This document shows, one piece after another, positions 59,117 to 64,000 of a stretch of DNA of 64,000 nucleotides. Source of the stretch: Aureliella sp. (GTDB lineage: Bacteria > Planctomycetota > Planctomycetia > Pirellulales > Pirellulaceae); the NCBI GenBank assembly GCA_963691875.1, contig OY829846.1, forward strand, positions 2,720,001 to 2,784,000, in the 5' to 3' direction. Each line of letters starts with the position of its first letter. Position 1 is the first letter of the stretch. Under the pieces are notes generated by a model. That model did no database searches and was not told the DNA's origin. It saw nothing but the letters and a program-made list of their open reading frames with translations. The position numbers and the translations under genes were made by a program.

Positions 59117-59929
59117 TTAGTTGTTTCCGTCTAGAGCTTCGACAAAGGAGGTGTTTTGCAATTTCTCCGTTCTGGCGGAGGCCTTAATCAGTCGTTTGAT
59201 TTCCTTGCAAATACGATCCGCGACCACGCCTGAGCTGGTGTGTGCCGCAAGGCCCAATGCTGCCCCGGCTGGACCGCCAAGCACCCCCCCGATCCCTGCA
59301 GCCGCCACGCGGCCTGACACCCTCGCCAACTGTTTGCTTTGAGCCGCGCCGACACCGTAGCGACAGGAAGCCATGAGTGTGGCCAGTTCGACACCGTCGG
59401 CGAGCATGGCAGCTGGATGCACTTTGGTTGCAGAACGCAAAAGTGCTTTCGCTCCTAGTTTCGTGCCCAGCGACCAGATCCCTTTTGTAGCGGCAGAAGC
59501 CAGCGCAGCCACGACTGCTTCACTGAATTCAATCTGCTGACTCTCCCATCGTCCCGTGGCGCACAGCATCGCAAAGTGCTCGCAGTTGCCATCCAGCAAA
59601 CAATAGCCAGATTGCCCAAGAGCTTCTTCAGCCGCCAAAGCACATATTTCCGGCGGTAATGCTTTTTCATGCTCAATTACCTGCAGTTCCTTACCTTGCA
59701 AGAAATCCTTCATGGTATCGCGACGGACCGAGAAGTTCTGCTCCTTGTCGTCGATCGCCATACGAGCTCCTTTTTCAGGTGCCAGGTGAATGACAGTGTC
59801 ATCACCCATATCAATTCCATGATGCTGAAACGGAATTCCGTGTAGAGTGCTGTTGACGAATATGTGCCGACCGCGATCAGGCATCACTTCGATTTGGGCT
59901 TCTGGCAAGTGTTCGTTTTCCGCAGACAT
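59117..59929 (-). CDS. LRAT (lecithin:retinol acyltransferase)-like permuted NlpC/P60 protein
   Basis: HHGID...VIHL and Y.LL..NCEHFA motifs; C-terminal Gly/Ala zipper; GGAG RBS. Confidence 0.85.
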   Translation of the reverse strand: MSAENEHLPEAQIEVMPDRGRHIFVNSTLHGIPFQHHGIDMGDDTVIHLAPEKGARMAIDDKEQNFSVRRDTMKDFLQGKELQVIEHEKALPPEICALAAEEALGQSGYCLLDGNCEHFAMLCATGRWESQQIEFSEAVVAALASAATKGIWSLGTKLGAKALLRSATKVHPAAMLADGVELATLMASCRYGVGAAQSKQLARVSGRVAAAGIGGVLGGPAGAALGLAAHTSSGVVADRICKEIKRLIKASARTEKLQNTSFVEALDGNN

Positions 59930-60344
59930 GGCGTTCTCCGAGTATTCTCCCTCTCTATTCTAGATTATTTCCGTAGTGGACTTCTGAGAAGCCGACGCGT
60001 TGGCGAGTGACAGGGCTGATCCATCACTGGCCTGTCGTTTTCCCAAATTCGCACGCAAATCGTTAATACAGGAAGGAATTCTGGCGAATCCAGTTACTCC
60101 ATACTCCTAGATGTTATTGGCTCAAAAACTTGACGCCCAGGGCGTTTTTAAATGAATCTGCAAAGTCAAGATAGCACCTAGCAAATCCCTACAGCCGTTC
60201 AAGTATTCTAGCCTTCGAACGAAAAACAATGGCAAGAAGCATTTCGAAAGACAATTCGCACTCAGTGCCTGCTTGACTACCGAAGCAACTTGCTGCAGGG
60301 GCTAGATTCCCGACCACACTCACCCATTTGTTGGATACGCCACT

Positions 60345-60740
60345 ATGTCCAAACAATCGATCCAAATTTCAGAGTATCAGAAAGAGGAGTAGCAAGAAGA
60401 AATCATCGATCTGCTCTCGGTACCTCAGACATTAATGCTGTTTATGCGCACCGAGGCTCTGGTGTTCTTTGCGCTGCAAGGAACCAATTCCTTGCTGGAC
60501 TACCTCAGTGAGAACTCGCTAACCACCGCCTTGTTCACCTCGTTCTATCGACCGTATTTGAATTTAATGCTGGACATCTCTCCAAAGATCGCACGTGATT
60601 ACGAAGACATCCGTAGCGGCAAGGAGATGATGCCAATCGCTTCGGAGATTGTCGAACAGGTTGATAGCCGAATTATCATGCAAGCCGTCGAAACGGCTGT
60701 TGCAGCAACGCTAGGGATCTTCGGCGTAACACTTCTGTGA
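60345..60740 (+). pseudogene. Hypothetical ORF interrupted by an in-frame TAG
   Basis: ATG at 60345 reads MSKQSIQISEYQKEE*QEEIIDLLSVPQTL in frame into ORF 60435-60740. Confidence 0.35.
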
Positions 60741-61222
60741 ATCTACCCTCATACACTTAGCGGCGCTGTTCGCTACGTGATTGGCAAAATGCAAACTCAC
60801 CATGGACGAGGCCGACGCAGAAGCTATCGAGGAGGGCGGAACCAAACTGGTTGAGGCGGTTGGCCCGAATGCGGGAAAGGTTGAACTTCGGCTCAAGACG
60901 GCGGCCTCTTACGCTTTGGCGCCCGGCGATATCGTAAGCCGCATCATCCTCTGACCGCGACACGTAGGATTTGTCTGTTGACTATTGCTGGCACTCTTGC
61001 CACGTGCCTTTTTCCTTTACCCGACTTTATAGCCCGATGTTTTTTGGACTAGCACGCTCAAATCGCATTGCAAAACCGCAAAACTTGCCAAATCATAACC
61101 ATCCGAGGCTAAAGGTCCGTTTAGCCAATGCAAACTTCGCAGCAGAGGCCATGGTTTGCAGTCCCAACTTGAAATAGCTGGGTTAAAATGGGGGCTCCTT
61201 TCACCTCACTCCCATTCCGCCA

Positions 61223-63691
61223 ATGTCTTCTACTGTCTTGCAATCTAAAACTATACTCGCGTCTGCCGCACTCACTGTTACTGGAATCGTAGCAGCAACG
61301 CTCATTTTTGCTTGGCCGAGCAACAGTTCTTCACTTCCGCCCTTCGATCTTTCCAAGGCCAGTTATGTCGGCCAGGCGAGTTGCGTGAAGTGTCATCAGA
61401 AGGAAGCAGAGCTCTACAACGGATCGCATCATGATCGTGCGATGAAGCCAGCAACTGCCGAAACAGTCCTTGGCGACTTTGCGGATGCGACCGTCGAGCA
61501 TCATGACATCGTCAGCCGAATGTTCCGTGACGGTGACAAGTTCATGGTTCACACGGAAGGACCAGATGGCAAGATGCAGGACTTTGAGGTCAAGTATGTG
61601 TTTGGCTACGAACCGTTGCAGCAATACATGGTTGAATTCCCCGAGTCGGATCAAAGCACCGGAGAGAAAGACCTGCCGCGAGTACAAGTACTTCGCCTGT
61701 GCTGGGATACGGGAAAGTCGGAGTGGTTTTATCTTGCTCCTCCGGATGTCACTGAAAAACTAGCTCCAACCGATGACTTGCACTGGACTGGAATCGCGCA
61801 GCGTTGGAACAACATGTGTGCGGATTGTCACAGCACGGACTATCGCAAGGAGTTCCAGCCTGGCAGATTCGAACTCGACAAGCTGCCGCACTACGTTGCA
61901 ACACACTCCGATGCCCAAGCGGAGTCTCAAGCGACTGACCACAGCATTGGTGAGTACCATTCGACGTTCATGGAAATTAACGTCTCATGCGAAGCCTGCC
62001 ATGGGCCGGGCAGTGTTCATGTCGAATTGGCGAGCAAGACCTTTCCAGGTTGGAATCGCCAACGCGGCTATGGCTTGGCCAACTTGAAACTCGCAGCAGA
62101 GAATCAGATCCAGGCTTGCGCGCCCTGTCACAGCCGTCGTAACGTGGTTCAAGGTGGCTTCCAAGCCGGCGACAACTTTTATGACCACTATACCAATCAG
62201 CTCCTGACGGAAAACATTTATTACCCCGACGGTCAAATCTTGGACGAAGACTACGTTCACGGGTCTTTCATTCAGAGCAAGATGTATCACAAAGGCATCA
62301 AGTGCTCGGACTGCCATGATCCACATACTGCAAAACTCAAACACGATGGCAATCAAGTTTGCACTTCCTGCCACCAGCACCCGGCGGCCAAGTACGATAA
62401 CGTAGGCCACCATTTTCATAAGGTTGGTAGCGAAGGCGCCAAGTGTGTGAATTGCCACATGCCAGCCACGACTTACATGGCCGTTGACTCTCGCCGCGAT
62501 CACTCTTTCCGCATCCCGCGTCCCGACTTGAGTACAGAACTTGGCACCCCCAATGCTTGCACCGGCTGCCACTTGAACAAGGAGAATGTTGCCAAGGAGA
62601 AACGCGGCCAACTCAATCTCTATCAAGACTGGATGCTGGCAGCTCGAGAAGGCGATGAGCAAGTACAGGCGGAGCTTGAGCGAGCGAATCAGTGGTGTGA
62701 TGAAGCTTGTGAGAAATGGTATGGCGAAAACAGACGGCGAGACCAACACTTCGGAATCGCGATTTCGGCAGCACAACAAGGAAAGCCAGAAGCGAAAGAG
62801 TTGCTCACTGAGCTACTGAAAAAGCGTGGATACGAAGCACCCTACATCGCAAGAGCGACCGCCCTTGAGTATTTATCGCAGTTGGATCCTGAGGCTGGAG
62901 CGGAGATGGCGGCGCGAGGTATCAAGGATGACCATCCTTTGGTAAGAGCGACTGCCACGGCGTCGCTTGCTCGAGGCGAGAACGTCAAGAAGAACACTAA
63001 GTTGCTTCAAGCTGCCTTACAGGATCCAGTCCGAAGTGTCCGCACTGAGGCCGCGAGAAACTTGCTCGAGTTCCCACTCAACATGTGGGAAAACCCAAGT
63101 GCACGAGGTTTCTCCGAAGCACTGAAAGAACTGAAGTCGGGCCTCGATTTCAACAACGACCGCGCCGGCGCGCATCTCGCTCTTGGAATTTTGTCCGAGC
63201 AAATGGAGAAAGTGCAGGATGCGGTTCGAAACTACGAACGGGCCATCGCCGTCGAGCCAGGTGTCACAGGCCCGCGGACAAACCTGGCAGCTTTGCTGGA
63301 TCGTCAGCTGAACGAAATGAATCCTGAAAGTGAGTCCGCCAAAAAAATAAGAGCAATCACCGCCAAGTTACGCAAGCAGGAGTTGCCGCTGTTGCAGCGC
63401 GATGCGGACTTTGTGCCAGATGTCGCTCCACTGCAATATCAATTGGGAATGGCATACTACGTAGATGGGCAGATGGAACAAGCAATGAATTGTTTTAAGC
63501 GCGCTGCCAAACTAGCCCCTGCTCAAGCAAGCTATGCACAAGCTACTGCCATGATGTACGAAAAGCTCAAGAACTGGGATCAGGCTCTACGGTGGGCAAA
63601 GCTTACGGTCGAACTATCACGAGGTGACCCTGGAAATGTGCAGCTACTGCAACGCATTCAACAATCCGCAACTGCTGCCAAACAGCCTTAG
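61223..63691 (+). CDS. Multiheme (8 CxxCH) cytochrome c with HEAT and TPR repeats
   Basis: CVKCH, CADCH, CEACH, CAPCH, CSDCH, CTSCH, CVNCH and CTGCH; N-terminal anchor; DDHPLVR/DPVRSVR HEAT-like segments and C-terminal TPR-like helices. Confidence 0.92.
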   Translation: MSSTVLQSKTILASAALTVTGIVAATLIFAWPSNSSSLPPFDLSKASYVGQASCVKCHQKEAELYNGSHHDRAMKPATAETVLGDFADATVEHHDIVSRMFRDGDKFMVHTEGPDGKMQDFEVKYVFGYEPLQQYMVEFPESDQSTGEKDLPRVQVLRLCWDTGKSEWFYLAPPDVTEKLAPTDDLHWTGIAQRWNNMCADCHSTDYRKEFQPGRFELDKLPHYVATHSDAQAESQATDHSIGEYHSTFMEINVSCEACHGPGSVHVELASKTFPGWNRQRGYGLANLKLAAENQIQACAPCHSRRNVVQGGFQAGDNFYDHYTNQLLTENIYYPDGQILDEDYVHGSFIQSKMYHKGIKCSDCHDPHTAKLKHDGNQVCTSCHQHPAAKYDNVGHHFHKVGSEGAKCVNCHMPATTYMAVDSRRDHSFRIPRPDLSTELGTPNACTGCHLNKENVAKEKRGQLNLYQDWMLAAREGDEQVQAELERANQWCDEACEKWYGENRRRDQHFGIAISAAQQGKPEAKELLTELLKKRGYEAPYIARATALEYLSQLDPEAGAEMAARGIKDDHPLVRATATASLARGENVKKNTKLLQAALQDPVRSVRTEAARNLLEFPLNMWENPSARGFSEALKELKSGLDFNNDRAGAHLALGILSEQMEKVQDAVRNYERAIAVEPGVTGPRTNLAALLDRQLNEMNPESESAKKIRAITAKLRKQELPLLQRDADFVPDVAPLQYQLGMAYYVDGQMEQAMNCFKRAAKLAPAQASYAQATAMMYEKLKNWDQALRWAKLTVELSRGDPGNVQLLQRIQQSATAAKQP

Positions 63692-64000
63692 AGTTTGCAC
63701 AGATCACTCCGCAGTTCACGGTCCGTCCTCAAGTTCGCCCAACGTAGCCATCCACTTTGTTGCGATACACAATCAATCGCATCAAGATATGCTCAAAAGC
63801 TTTCACGCGTCTCTTATTTGCGCATAAAAAAACGAGGAGCTTTCGGCCACAGAAACAATAAGGACGAAAATCGTTTCCTACGAAGCTCCTCGTATGATTT
63901 GTTTGTATTAAACGTGTGTTGCAGGTCAAGATGATTTCAGAAAAATATCTCCTGGCAACTCTAGCTCTGTTTTTCACTCACGATAGCTATTCGCTCTCTT

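Noticed and set aside
60390..60392. In-frame TAG as pyrrolysine/recoding
   Set aside because: No methyltransferase context or pyl genes in the window, and TAG is used as a normal stop by several genes here.
61985..62779. 264-aa minus-strand ORF (and similar antisense ORFs over pilB, pilT and hemH)
   Set aside because: Antisense shadows of well-supported genes.
1..64000. CRISPR array, rRNA or IS transposase
   Set aside because: No regularly spaced repeats, rRNA-like sequence or transposase ORF was seen.

Overview
A 64-kb chromosomal window from a planctomycete, most likely Pirellulaceae-like. This is inferred from the DUF1592/DUF1552 pair, the DUF1559 prepilin, a 'AEDAFQATFLVL'-type extended ECF sigma factor and CRTAC1-like proteins. 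The left end (1-3146) is the edge of an element integrated at the 3' end of tRNA-Arg(TCT). It carries an atypical tyrosine integrase, an excisionase-like HTH protein and a DUF6876-like gene, and runs off the window. The centre (26034-45587) is a ~19.5-kb type IV pilus/type II secretion-like locus: two PilB/GspE ATPases (only one with a canonical MshEN motif), PilT, a PilC with an extra membrane hairpin, four oversized pilins and a 2271-aa GspK/PilX-like giant. Also present are an exported AhpC/TSA-like selenoprotein that the ORF track splits in two (in-frame UGA in UxxC plus a SECIS-like hairpin), an orphan dnaE2 with a PHP-domain insertion, aguA/aguB, bioD, hemH and arfB. The rest includes an ECF sigma factor fused to a secretin-N-like domain, an LRAT-family protein, an octaheme cytochrome-TPR protein and several interrupted genes. 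All family assignments come from motif recognition by eye; no searches were run.
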